In this document: piece after piece, positions 1 through 12,900 of the stretch
Position numbering within the stretch: position 1 is the first letter of the stretch
Layout: each line of letters starts with the position of its first letter
Origin: a virus
Virus record (IMG/VR): IMGVR_UViG_3300030329_003696
Span: 1-64,000 of that record
Strand: one strand, 5' to 3'
DNA length: 64,000 nucleotides
Notes under the pieces: generated by a model
The model's input: the letters and a program-made list of their open reading frames with translations, nothing else
Databases searched by the model: none
What the model was told of the DNA's origin: nothing
Position numbers and translations under genes: made by a program

Positions 1-942
1 CTTGAAAAATTATTGGCGGGTGATGTAGAAGGGTTTATTTCCGGTCAAGCCGCCGCTGGTGCTGGTGCAGCCTTGGCCACTGGGGATGCCGGATTAGCCG
101 GTCTGTTTGGTGCTAGTGCTTTAGGTGCAGGATTTAAAACACTAGAGGGGCAGGGTCTCTCAGACGCACAGATGCAGCAGGCTGCTGGTCTAAGCTTGGG
201 TGCGGTTGGCATAAATGATACTAGATCTGCACAACTGTTAGCTGGCACCACTGCCGAAGAGGAAGCAATAAAATCAGAGGGTAGAGAACTCGCTGGAGTC
301 ATGGGTGACTTAGCACAAAATCAGGCAGAGTTTGAAAAAGCAGAAATTGCAATTCAAGACGCAGTAATCAATGCTACAAACGCGACATTCAGTAGGGAGG
401 TAGAGGCTATATCTAATAGAAATGTTCAACCTCTAGCTCGTGGTGGAATGGTTTATGCTAGCCGTGGAATGTTTGTGCCTAGGGGTACAGATACGGTGCC
501 TGCCATGTTAACCCCCGGAGAGTTTGTAGTAAACCGCAACGCAGTCCAAAGGGGCAATAATTTACAAATACTAAGAGCTATGAACGGTAGGGGTCAAGGT
601 GGTTCTAATGCGGTCGCCATGAGTAATGGAGGTTCTGTGGGTTACTATCAAGACGGAGGCAGCGTTGAAGCTGCTGCTGGATCGCTAGCTAGCGTTATAC
701 CAAATCTACAGAATGTATTCTCAGATTTTGCTGCAACAGTAGATAAACTTGTTAGTACTAAATTCCAAGTAGCCTTAGATCCTACAAATGTTAATGTAAA
801 CTTTAATGGTGCTTCTTTCTTAGAAACAATGAAAGAGGACATCAAGACAGAACTGTTAAATGAGGTTGGTGAACAAATTAAGAAGGCCAAGCCAAACACC
901 TCTGGAGATCTCAAAACCGGAAACACAGTATTAGGAAACTAG
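1..942 (+). CDS. Tail tape measure protein, C-terminal part (5' truncated by window)
   Basis: Frame is open from base 1. Ala/Gly-rich helical sequence with the motif GGMVYASRG..RGTDTVPAMLTPGEFVVN typical of tape-measure C-termini; lies directly upstream of tail genes. Confidence 0.8.
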   Translation, partial: LEKLLAGDVEGFISGQAAAGAGAALATGDAGLAGLFGASALGAGFKTLEGQGLSDAQMQQAAGLSLGAVGINDTRSAQLLAGTTAEEEAIKSEGRELAGVMGDLAQNQAEFEKAEIAIQDAVINATNATFSREVEAISNRNVQPLARGGMVYASRGMFVPRGTDTVPAMLTPGEFVVNRNAVQRGNNLQILRAMNGRGQGGSNAVAMSNGGSVGYYQDGGSVEAAAGSLASVIPNLQNVFSDFAATVDKLVSTKFQVALDPTNVNVNFNGASFLETMKEDIKTELLNEVGEQIKKAKPNTSGDLKTGNTVLGN

Positions 943-943
943 G

Positions 944-3900
944 ATGTCACAGCAATTCTTAAAAAGTTTAGAGTGCCTCTGCATAAAAGGCATTGAGCAG
1001 ACCTGTCCAGCAGGTGGCTCCTTAGAAGCAGAGATGACACTCAAAGAAGCCTCTCTCGTTGCTGATATCAAAAGCGAGGATTCAAAAATATCCTCACCCG
1101 GCGAGAAGCTATCCTGCACCTCTACAGACGTTGAGGTTACCGGTACCGGCCCCTATTACGAAGTTACTATCAATAGCCCCACTGAAAATATTGATGGGTC
1201 TTGCGATTTTATTGAAGCTGGTTGGGAACTGGTTGTTACTAGGGAAAACTTTACGGGTAAGCAGTTTGAATACTATGATGTAAAAAGGAAAAACCTTGAC
1301 GGCACAATTTTAGTATTTGGTTTAAGCCCATTTCTTTTAGAGGAAGGGGTCACGTTTGAGTTTCGTGGCGTTGGGCTAATAAAACGTCCAGACGCGATTG
1401 TTGCGAAAGCTTTTGACCAACTTCTAGAAGCTACATCTGAAATAAATAAGGCTCATTTGGGTGCAAGTTTATCTATTAAACCTGACGAACAACCGTTAGA
1501 AACCGGCACAATATACTCATTTCACTTGAGGCCCAGTCAAACCGTCAGATCTGGTGAAGTCACGACAGTAACATTTATACTACCGCCTCTACAAAATGAA
1601 TATATAACCCACCTAATCAAAAATAATCAGAGTGATGCTACAGTAGTTTTCAGAAACGAGCTTGGCGAGATTATATCTACTGGGCAATTTACAGGCTTCG
1701 TCGGAGAGTCCCTCGCTGATGGATTTACGCTGAGTGGAACTACTTTTCCAGAAGACGAAGTTCAAGAATATTTAAGAGCTGAACTCATAATAGATGTTCG
1801 GTTTAAAAATATGGTGATGAATGAGGGTAGTGTTTTACCTGATCTCACCGCTACATATTCAGTAAAAGAATCGTTGGAAGCTGAAGGAGTCCTTGATCCG
1901 GGTTTTACAGACAAGGTTGTTGGAGACTTTGGACTGTTTAGGTGCGAGCAGAAGTTGTTCCCATCGGGAGACCGAGTCATACAAGAGGGTTTTGGTTCTT
2001 TTGTCGGCCCAAGAAAAGAGGAAAGCAATCTTTTCACATTTATAGATGAGGGCGTTTTTGATGGTTTGATGTTTGACCAGAAAGACGCGTCCACACTGAG
2101 TGATGGTACCGATAGTTTCATAATACCAGATTCTGTACACACAGAGGGATTATTCCAATATAAGTGTAACCTCACAGACTTCACCGTTAGACCGGATCAC
2201 ACTAGGCTGCACATGCGTATTGCTGCACCCATTAGCAATTACGAGTCTAGGATCGCCCCATTATATACCGTCTACAATATAAATCTTCTTGATCCGTCCG
2301 GCAACCTCGTCATTAAATACAAAGACTTTAGTCTTCGTGGTGATTCTACAGACAGAAATAACAATTTTGGAACATATTCAACTGCTCCCGAATATAACCT
2401 TTTCACTGATTATTATGATTGGAATCGTCCCCAAAAAGCCCACCTTTATGAAGGCAGTGGCTATTCTCTCTCTTTTAGCGTTAGGGCTGTTTCTTTAGAT
2501 GACGCCTTTGATTTTGGTTTTGATGAAGGCTTTGAGGAAAATTTTGTATTTCCAGAGATTATAGCAGATGAAGACGGAAATAATTATTTAGCCCTAGATG
2601 GAGCACCCCTCTCCACACAAGAGTCTAGGTTCATCAACCCAACTGACGCGTTTAGGGTTTCGGCTGTAGAAATTTGTAATAGCGGTGGAATAGGCATTAG
2701 AAGAGAGCAATATCTGCCAATCCACATAAAAGTTCCTACAAAAGGAAGAAGGGTTGAACAAGATTTCCTACCGTCCTTTTTACCTCTTTCTAATTTTGAT
2801 TCTACCATCTGGCCATCTGTTAGCAGTGTGTGGAGCTGGTCTTCCGATTCTGATATAACTAATGTAAATAAATGCAATGCAGACACAATGCTGTCTGCTA
2901 TTAGAAATAATGCAACTTCTCAGTATATAACAATGGATTCAGCTGAGGGTGGAGGCGTTGCAGATTCTGGCAAGCTAACAATCAAGTTCTCTAACCAAAA
3001 GGCTAATGTAAAAGATATATCTAAGGGTGCATTCAATTTTGCGTTTGATCAAAGCACCAAGAATATTTGGTGGAAACCTAGCGGTGCATTTAATGTAGAA
3101 AACTCTGTAGACACCAACGTTAAAGATATATCGTTCTTTAGTGTTGACACCCTAACCTTGAAAGTCCTAGCTAAAAAACAAGCTGGGTCTAGGGATTACG
3201 CATTAGACGTAGTAGGATATAGCGACGATAAACTTCTTAACAGAACATCGCCATCCGGAGGTTTTATACAAGACCCTTCCGGTATTCACCTAAACAACCT
3301 AATTGTCACACAGCAGGGTCAATACCCCATTGTCTCGGGCTTTAAAGGTAATTCCAATCAATTTGCTTTAGGTGGTAGGTCTATTTCTGAGCATGATGAT
3401 TTCTTCACATCTAGCGGTAATGACCATTACAAGCTGACGCAATATCCTATGGTTACGGGTACTGATTTTGAACTGTATGAAGTTCCCCTTAAAATCAACC
3501 CCGACGTTGATAAACTTGGGATGTTAAGAGATTATACATTAAGCTCTCTGTTAGAACATGTTTACTTAGATATCTTCCCAATTCCTAGTGGTGCTTCGAT
3601 AGCCCACATCTCTCTAAGTGTTAGATACAAACCACAAGACGGTTTGAACATGTCTACATATGGGGGACCAGTCGCCCGTGCTCAAGATGGTAGACGTGAA
3701 GGTGCCCTGTTCCCAACATCTATGGGGCCGCTTGACAATATATTGAATGCTGGTTCTGGATATGCCCCACTTTCTAGGATTTTAGATATACCTCACTCGT
3801 ATAGAACGCCTAAGACAATCAAGAGTAACTATGCAAGGAGATGGCGTGGTGCAGAAGGTACTGTTCGAGGGCCATACGACCCAGATCAATTTAGCTTTGG

Positions 3901-6900
3901 GTTTGAGAACCCGATCATAGATTATCCCTTCCTGTCTGGTTACTTCAAGTTTGACCAAGTAGACGGTAAGTATATAAAATCTTCAGATCTTGGACCTACA
4001 GATGTAACTAATCCTATGGGTACCCTTAGCGGACTCATGGTTGGAAATACGGATATATACCACAATGTCGGTTGGCGTTTTGCTAGTGGAACACTTTTCC
4101 AGCAGCATTTACCCAGTTATAGCGGCAACTACACCACCACAGACTGGACATCCTTATCCAAGGGTTCGTTTAATTTTGTTGGCGACCCAATGTATGGAAA
4201 AATTGCCGACGCCTTCGATAGAACTGCTAGGGTTTCTGGGGTTCACGGAAACATAAACTTCGGCAATATTGATACGACCAGCGGATTTGCCATATTTACT
4301 AGGTTTACCCCAGACGCTAGTATCTCCGGCCAAAGCCACAACCTATTCAATAGCGGTGTATTGTTTGCTAAGTGGGACACGCCGTCTCAACTAGACTTTG
4401 CCTTGGGCTATAAAAACGGCTTCTTGTGTGCATATGCTAAAGACGATGAAGATGATTCAATAGTTGAAGTTATTGACACAATACCTTACAGTGGATACGT
4501 TTACCCATTAAATATATTATTGACATATAACGATCATCAAAGCAGTGGTCTTAAGTTATATGTGGATGCGGAAAATTATTTTGGTGATTACGAATCTGGA
4601 GACTTTGACCCAAGCTATGACGCACCACATCTTCTTCGTGCGTCTTCAAGTAAGTTTTATAAAAAACCCACAAATGGTAGTCTGACTTTAGGTTGGGGTG
4701 CTGGTTCTGGCGTTGGAATAAATGGGTTTATTAGTGAGTTTGGTGTATCTACTTGGAGTTCTGGAGCGGATACTCTTTATGGCTCCGGTACGAATATTGT
4801 TGAAGCAAATGCTGACAGGACATACAAGCAGGTAACTGCCAAAGACTTCTTTGATAATCTTCGGGTAACGTTCTTTAATTCTGGCGTACCACACGGAAAT
4901 GATCAGTTTGGCTTATGGGACAGAGTCAATGAAAACACTTTCCACGATTGGCAGATTGGCGACTTTAAATACTGTGAATTCTCTATAGCGTTTGACCAAT
5001 GGCAAAAACGCCCAAATAGAGAACAGATTATATTTGATATAAAACATCATGGCTCCGGATACTCCTCTAGGAATGATTTATCCCTACCTTCAAGTATAGA
5101 CCCCAGAGTCTCCTATCACACACAGATAGAAAACGACTTCTTGAGATTCCACCTCAGTGATGTTCCTGACCATTTCTATTCTGTAAACAGAAGAATAACA
5201 AAGAGCTTACCGGCAGGATACAAATTCTCAGAGAGAGCTTTGGTTGTTGAAAGTGTGATTCAACACACAACAGACCATTCTATCATTTGGCCACACTGTG
5301 ATGGCAAAGAGGGACCAAGGCTAGTTGTTAGTTTGTACAGTAAAAAGCAAGACCCGTACTGGACCGAGGATGAACCCAACTGGGGCTTGGTAAATAGAAA
5401 GATACATAATGTAGAACCTTCTAGCTGTGTTATGCGTTTAGACACAACCTTTACGTACAACGATCTTGTTGACACCGATGAAGAGTGGGCTATATTCCCG
5501 CAGGAACCTAGACAAACAGAGTTTAAAGAAAAGTACTTCTCCGAAGACGTTAACGATATGTTTGTTCAGTATGACTTGGTTTATCCTTCGGGCAAGGCGT
5601 TTGAGTCTAAAATACAACTACACTCATCTCATGTAAGAATGTCTGATTGTAACGTTCTTTCTCGTGCCACATCTGGTTCAGGCAATCTGTACACTGTGGG
5701 TGCGTTGGGTGTTCCTTCTGGCACTTTAAACTTGAACCTGCCAGAAATACCTGTACCCACCTCTGGCACGCTAAATCTGGGAATAAACGTTCCGATACCG
5801 GTAGATGTTCAAATTCCTTCTGGGCTACCGCTTAATATTAGCGGTCAATACGTCGAGAGAGGATTTATGATCCTCTATACGCCGGAATTCAATACACAGG
5901 GCGAATTGAATCTATTTATGCCAGACCCTGCGGACTATACGTTTACACCGGTTTCTGGCTCTCTTAACTTCTCCATTCCGACACCGATAGATCGGATTTC
6001 GGAGGGTGACGATTCTATAAAGAATAAGTATTTAACATATCCAAGTGGATTTGCCACATCTGAAGCAGCAGAGACGGAGGCAAAACGATTGGGACTCTCC
6101 GGCTCCCACCAAGACTTTACCGGTGATGTATTCTTCCCAGGCGGAAGATCGGATTGGGATGAAAATGGCGATGGATACGTAGACAATTCAAGAATAAGGG
6201 GTCCATATGTTCCCCTATTCATGTTAAACACTGACGACCCAAAACTAGATCAATTAAACCTGTTTACTTTTGCGGTAGGTTCAGGCTCAGGTATCAGAGG
6301 GATACTTAATCTTTCCATACATAACGAGCTGCCGAACTCAGAACCTGGACCGGTAAGTGGTTCGATTAATCTAAATGTTATAGGTGTCCCAATCTTTAAA
6401 CAGATTAGAACTAATAACAATATACCATTATACATTAATGCTCCGAATATAATTAGTAGCAACCCACTCCCACTTACCCTAGGCTTCAACGAGACTGATA
6501 CGCCACACAGCGGAGAAATGAACCTTTATACTGCCAGCTATAATGTGGGGTCAAAAGGGTTTGGCTCTGCTTATGGTATGTGGAACAACAATAACTATGG
6601 AACAGGTATTGAATTACAAGATGACTATTTAGCTAAAATTGATGCATCGAATGAGATCAGGGGTGTAGACCTCTTTGGTTATGGGTCTTGCACCGGAGAT
6701 AGCCCCAGAAAAGCATTTGATTCAGCACTGATCACTGATGGTGTTACGTGGAGAGAGGCTACATGTAACGACGGTGGAATATTCAGAGCAACGGATACAT
6801 ATACTAATTCTGGAGCTAGAAACTTTTCTGGTGATCTAGGATATAGCGGTAACTATTACGGCATCAGGAAGTTCACGCAACTACTACCATCTAGACCGTA

Positions 6901-9900
6901 CTTTACCGAACTAACAATAAAGACGGGTTCCACAGATCCAATTAAAGTTCCTAGAACTTTTGAGGAATGGGAATATGGTATGTGTGGCCCAGACCTAATG
7001 AACGATAGCGGCTGCTGCACATCGGACTGTGATCAAAACCTCATGTTCTCTGGGGTTAAGCTGATTGGTGATGATGCCTGCGGAGTTCCACCTTCTAGCA
7101 ACTTGTGCATAGACCCTGAGACGATAGTCGCATCCGGAAGAAACATTGCAGATAAGTATGGTTACAAGGTTTCCGTAAAGGGAGATCTAATGGCTATTTC
7201 TGCACCAAAAATCACCATTCCTGAGTACGATCAATACGGCGGCGGTCATGTTGGTGTTCCTTCTGGAGGTTCAGTATTCTTATACAGAAGAGGGGTGGAT
7301 GTAGCTGGCAAAAAGGCTAGTTGGGAATTAGAAGAGCAGTTAATGCTCCCGACCGGATTCAGAAAAGACTACATAGAATTTACGGTACAAAACTTACTGA
7401 AATTTGATAACTTTACAATTTCCGGTGCTAAGTGGCAGATCGGTCAAGAAGGTAGAGAGTTTGGATCTTCTTTAGACATGGCCGTAAGCGGTGATGTTGA
7501 GACGATTGTTGTCGGTGCTCCTAGAGCTAAGTGGACAAGACAGTTTAATGAGATAACTACGTCTGGAGTACCATGCGGAACAATGGTGGTAGCAGACCTG
7601 TTTGAGTACAAAGAGAGTGATATCGCTACAATAGCTTCTACCGCCAAGAGATTTGACATTCTTTGGAAATATTTCTCCGCACCTTGGTATGGAGATTGCG
7701 ATTTAGGATGCTTACCCGCTTCTCAGCAATTCTATCCGCAAATCGACATGAAGACTATAGTACTGCAAACAACCTTTGCCGGAAGAAACTACCCAGAAGT
7801 TCCTTCCGACGATACTTGGTTCGTACATAAGTATATCAACAGGCTTGATGATTTTGATTTGCTTGTTGATGTCGGTTCCGGAGTATTAGGGGGAGAAGGT
7901 ACGCTCTCTGAGTTCTTCAGAGCCGGACAACCGGTTGTGTTTAACGGGATGGTTTCCGGTATGAAGTCGGCATTCCTAGAGGCGTTCCCCTATAACACTA
8001 GCCTACTTTATGATGGAACACCAGCAATATTTGGTATGTTTAAAGAAAAGTCTGGATCTACAGCTGGTGCCTTACAATATACAGACGGCGATGGGATTGT
8101 TCATTCACTCTACGACGAGTTTGAAAACTTCTACAACGAGTACACCTTTGAGAGTGGCGTTTACGATCAGACTACAAACCTAGACGCCAGCGGTCACCTT
8201 AATACGGTTCTTGGGGTTTCCGAGAACTGGGCCACTACAACCGTCAATTTGATACGGGATACGTTCGACTCAGGAAGACTCTCTACAACAAAGACTAATG
8301 ACACCCTGAATAGAGATTTTATAACGAGTGGTGTTGGCCAAGAGTGGGGTGACAGTAAAGCTTATGACATAACCCAGTTTCAAATTCCTCCACACTCTGG
8401 GGGTAGGGTCTATGTGTTTGAAAAAGAAAGGGACAACTTCAACTGTGTTCAGATTATATCTTCTCCGAAAAACTTTACAGACTTTGTAGCAGAAGAAATG
8501 GAACCAGATGAAAATGGAAACTATCTGTTTTATGGTAGAGAGTTTAATGACAGATTTGGACACTCCGTTGGAATCAGTGCTAACAGCGAAGTCATATCGA
8601 TTGGCTCACCATTCACTAATTCTCCATGTAGGATATACGAGAAAGACCCCGACGAACAAGCTAGAGTCTATGCCGCACTTTCTGGCTGGTTAGTAACAAA
8701 TAGTAAGAATGCCGGTCTCTCGCACTTCCATACAATTTTTACCGAGTCTGGTAGACTTAAAGCACAAGAGTCTGCTTACGACTTCTTAACACCTTCTGAA
8801 AGACTACAATTTAGAGTAGACAATAACTCAAAGCCTTATAAACTATCCCACAAATACGGTTACGGAAACATCAAGTACGTTGGAACTAGACAGTTTTTAC
8901 CAAGCTTCTTTGCACCAACGTCTAGACTTGGGTGGAGTACAGCCGTTAGTGACGACGGATCTTCTGTTGCGTTTGGTGCTCCCACCGACTCATTTAATGA
9001 ATTTGAAGACGCTAACGTTTATGCAGACACTTTAGACACTTGGGCTTCTTATCAACACGCTGGTGCTGTTAGAATGTTTGAGGCTAGAAAAACATTTGAT
9101 CATAGCGGTGTTGTAGAGTTTGGTAGGTTTGGCAACTTAGACAGAGCTTTACACCCAAGCGAGGTATCTAAAGGTTTCTACGACCAAATGGGCTTATATT
9201 TTGGTGCGGGAGATGATCTGGGCGGTACTAAAACCTTCAGAAGAATGGATTTCTCTGAAATAGAAATTCCTAGAGATGCGGGCTTGGCTTTCATTATTAC
9301 CCCAGAAATAGACGCAGTAAGCGATGAAATTATAGATAACATTAAGAACTGGCTGGTGCTTGGTGATAGACACTTAGTATTGGTCGGGAACGATCCGGTA
9401 TGGGAAGAAAACGGCGTTTACTCTAAATCTAATGATGTAATCAATAAGATCTTAAAAGAGCTTGGCTCGCATATGCGTATAACCGCAGCCAAGAATAAGG
9501 AGATGTCATTACCAGATTGTGTATCTGAGGAAGATAAACTAGACAATAAATATAACATTACGCCTTCATTACAACCCAAACATGGTGCGGGGTCTGTTTC
9601 TCTGAGAGATAATTTCTACGCTCGCGGTGTAGGCGATATCAGAATCAATATTGAAAAGTACGGCTATTCAGATTACGAACAGTACATGGATTGCCCAGAG
9701 GGTGAAGACTGCGATGGTAGTAAGTTTATTGTTAACGAACGTTGCGAGTTTCCTCTAAAGAATAGCGGAGACCTAAGAGCAGAGTGGCATGATACATGCA
9801 CTAAGACCGTTGGGAAAAAGTGTCGCGTTGTGCATTATACACAAAGCTGGCCTTTACACTTCGCTAATTATACACCCAACTGCGACTCAAAACCTTTACA

Positions 9901-12900
9901 GATAATTAACAGGCCAAAGTTTGAGCCTGTCCCAGTATTAACAACCGCCGAACACCTTCCGGCTAGAGTAATAACATATCCAGACACTTCTGGGTATAGT
10001 TCCAAGTTTAAAGATATTTATGAAACCATTATTGAAGATAAGTTCACACCTTTTGCTGACTATTCTGGGGAGCCAGAAGGTTCAAAACATCTACCTATAG
10101 AATCGTTTAAGATTAAAGAAGATTCGGATTCCAACCTAGAAGGAACATTTAATTCGTTTAATCTAGGAGCTTTAGTAGATCCAGATCCAAAGAATGGAAG
10201 AGATGGAATACTTCAGGGGGTAGCAAAAACCTACGATCCAGACAAACCTATAACCTACAAACGAAAAGATTTGTACAAACCTTCGACGCTGGCACTGTCT
10301 GAGTCTGGCGTTAAGGAAGACGGTACGTTTAATAACTCCAAGGTTTACCTATTAGCCAGTCAGTGGCCAGAAGACGATGGTGGACGAGGTTTAACATTCG
10401 CAACTGAGAATAAGGACAAGAACACAGAATTCTACATAAACATGCTAAAGTATGACTGTAATGAAGTTCCTCGTGGGTGGCACTTAGGAGGATGGACTGG
10501 CAACACATCTCTTAAAAATGCTTATTATGTTAATAGAGAAATAGATGACGCGGATAGTCAGCATTCTTTAGCTAGTAAACTCAGGGCAGAATTCCAAGGT
10601 CGTGGTCTTGGCGGATACTTCAAAGAAAATATGACTATACCGGCAGACGGAGATATAAGCCAAGAGGTTACCTTTATTTGGATAGCGAATCCAGAAGGGC
10701 TACCTTCTGACAAAGAAGTTGAAAAGATAAAAACTTGGATGAATACTGGCGAGAAGAGACTTATAATTACCTATACCGCTGCGGACAAACAAAAAGCACA
10801 GCTTTATGCGGGTAATGTAAATGAGATTTGTGAAAAACTTAATATATCCAGTAGGCCATTCTTTGTGCCAAACGATGGCGAATTCTTTGTTACACCTGAC
10901 CCAGACTCGCACTACTTGAAACCATACTCACTACGTGGTAATCGTAACAGCGAGCAAGCACAACTTACGAATACGTCAACAGAGCCTCTATCCGGATGTA
11001 AGGATGGCTACGGTTTCACACCCGCTTACAATGATAGCACAAGTGTTTCAGGGTTATGGGTTTCCGATAAGAGTAACGAACTGTGGCGTGGACACGTACC
11101 TGACGCTCAGGGCGGAGGCGGTGATACATCTTTTGCGAATGATTTACGACTATTTGTTCCTATCTCGGGTGGTTCAAACTACGAGAATATAATATTTTAT
11201 GATGAACCAATTTTCACCCATATACCCAACATACCTAACCCAATATGGAAGATAGAAGGACAGTCTATAATAAAATTCCCAACAATTCCCCTATCTGGAT
11301 ATAAACTTTTCTTTGACTGGGTGTCTGAAACAGCTGTCGAAAAAGAAAGCTTGCTGGTTGAGATAGAGGGTATCAAATCTCGTGTACCCACAGCTTGCGA
11401 CTACTTCCCGCTGCACGATAAATGCAATTCAGAGAATGAAGGAGGAGGGGAGCTTGACCAAGAGGGTGATGACGCCAGTGGAGGAGTTGGTCTTCACCTT
11501 GACCCGACCCCACCAATGACACCTCATTACAGGACAGATATTAACTTCGTTGCTAGGGGTGAAGAAGTAACAATTAAGTTTTCTGCCGCAAGTAGAGGTG
11601 AAATACAGGGAGACCCACTAACACCCGATACAACACCTAAAACAGTTAGAGTGCTCTCAGTTTCGGGTTGTCCAATTCCTATTGATAGCGGCATAAACTT
11701 CAAGAGAACTGAGAAGAAAAAACTAGTAGATAGAATTGAATACGATAAAAAATGGACGGTATTCCCAGGTGGTAGCAGGGTTATACCAGCTGTTTCTAGA
11801 CCCGTTATGCACAAGAGCCATGATTACTGTCGTCCGTTCCCACCGGAAACCGATGAGGGTTGTGAAAACTTCGGAAATGTGTTGATTGAAGATGGACCTG
11901 TAGTCGTAGCAGAAGAGTACGAAAACTTCTCAAGCTTCCCGAATGGTAAATCTAGATCTAAGATTATACTGATCTCCGACTCTACAATGATACAAGGTCA
12001 ATGCTCACACTATCGTAGCGAAACGAGTAAGGGCAACCAAGCATTTATTAGAAGCCTATACCCCAGTAGGCCTAGCAAAGAAGCTACACGTGGTCTTGCG
12101 GGTGGGAAGGACTTCGTGTTTAGTGTTACACCTCTTGACCATGATAGCGACCAAGAAACGGTCTCTTCTCAAGGTAGAAGCTTCTACTTTACACAAAAAC
12201 TCAGAAGTCCAGAAAGAGGTAGTCCAGCTAAATATCATGCGGTTTCAGGTATGATTCCAAACATGACAGAACCTCTATATAGTCTAGGTGGAGCAGTAGG
12301 AAGTCTAGACACCTTTTACGACAACGAGGATACATATCACCCAAGCGATCTAAGCAGACCAAAAGAAATAATAAAATCAGAAGAGATTAAACAAAGAATA
12401 AGGAACTGGGGTAACGACGCTAAGAGTGATTACGGCGTATTTCCTAAGTTCAGTGGTGACTTTTTGAATTATGTTCAGACTGGTCCTCCAAAACGCGATT
12501 ACGCTGATTGGCCTCAGAACCCACTAGGGATACCGGAAGGAAAAGAAAGAAAGTATATACTAGATGCTGGCGTTGGCGGAGGATTACCCGAGCTAATGAA
12601 GTTGAATAATACAGACTATCTAGATCTTGATGTTTACTACTCCGGCTGCTTGGGTGATCTTTTTGGCTATTCAGTTGACCTAGTAGATAATCAACTTGTT
12701 GTAGGCTCTCCGTTTAATGGTTTTGTTTCTAGCGGAACTAGTGTTAGCGGTATTGTGCAGTGGTCAGAAATCAAGGTTGATGAACCTACCGATGGCTTAG
12801 AGTTAGCACAGGATGGTGGTGGCGGTGCAGCCTTCCACTTCGAGAAAACCGGCAGTGGCCAGAACGTTGTTAGCGAATTTTTACCTTGGGAGTTTGGTTC

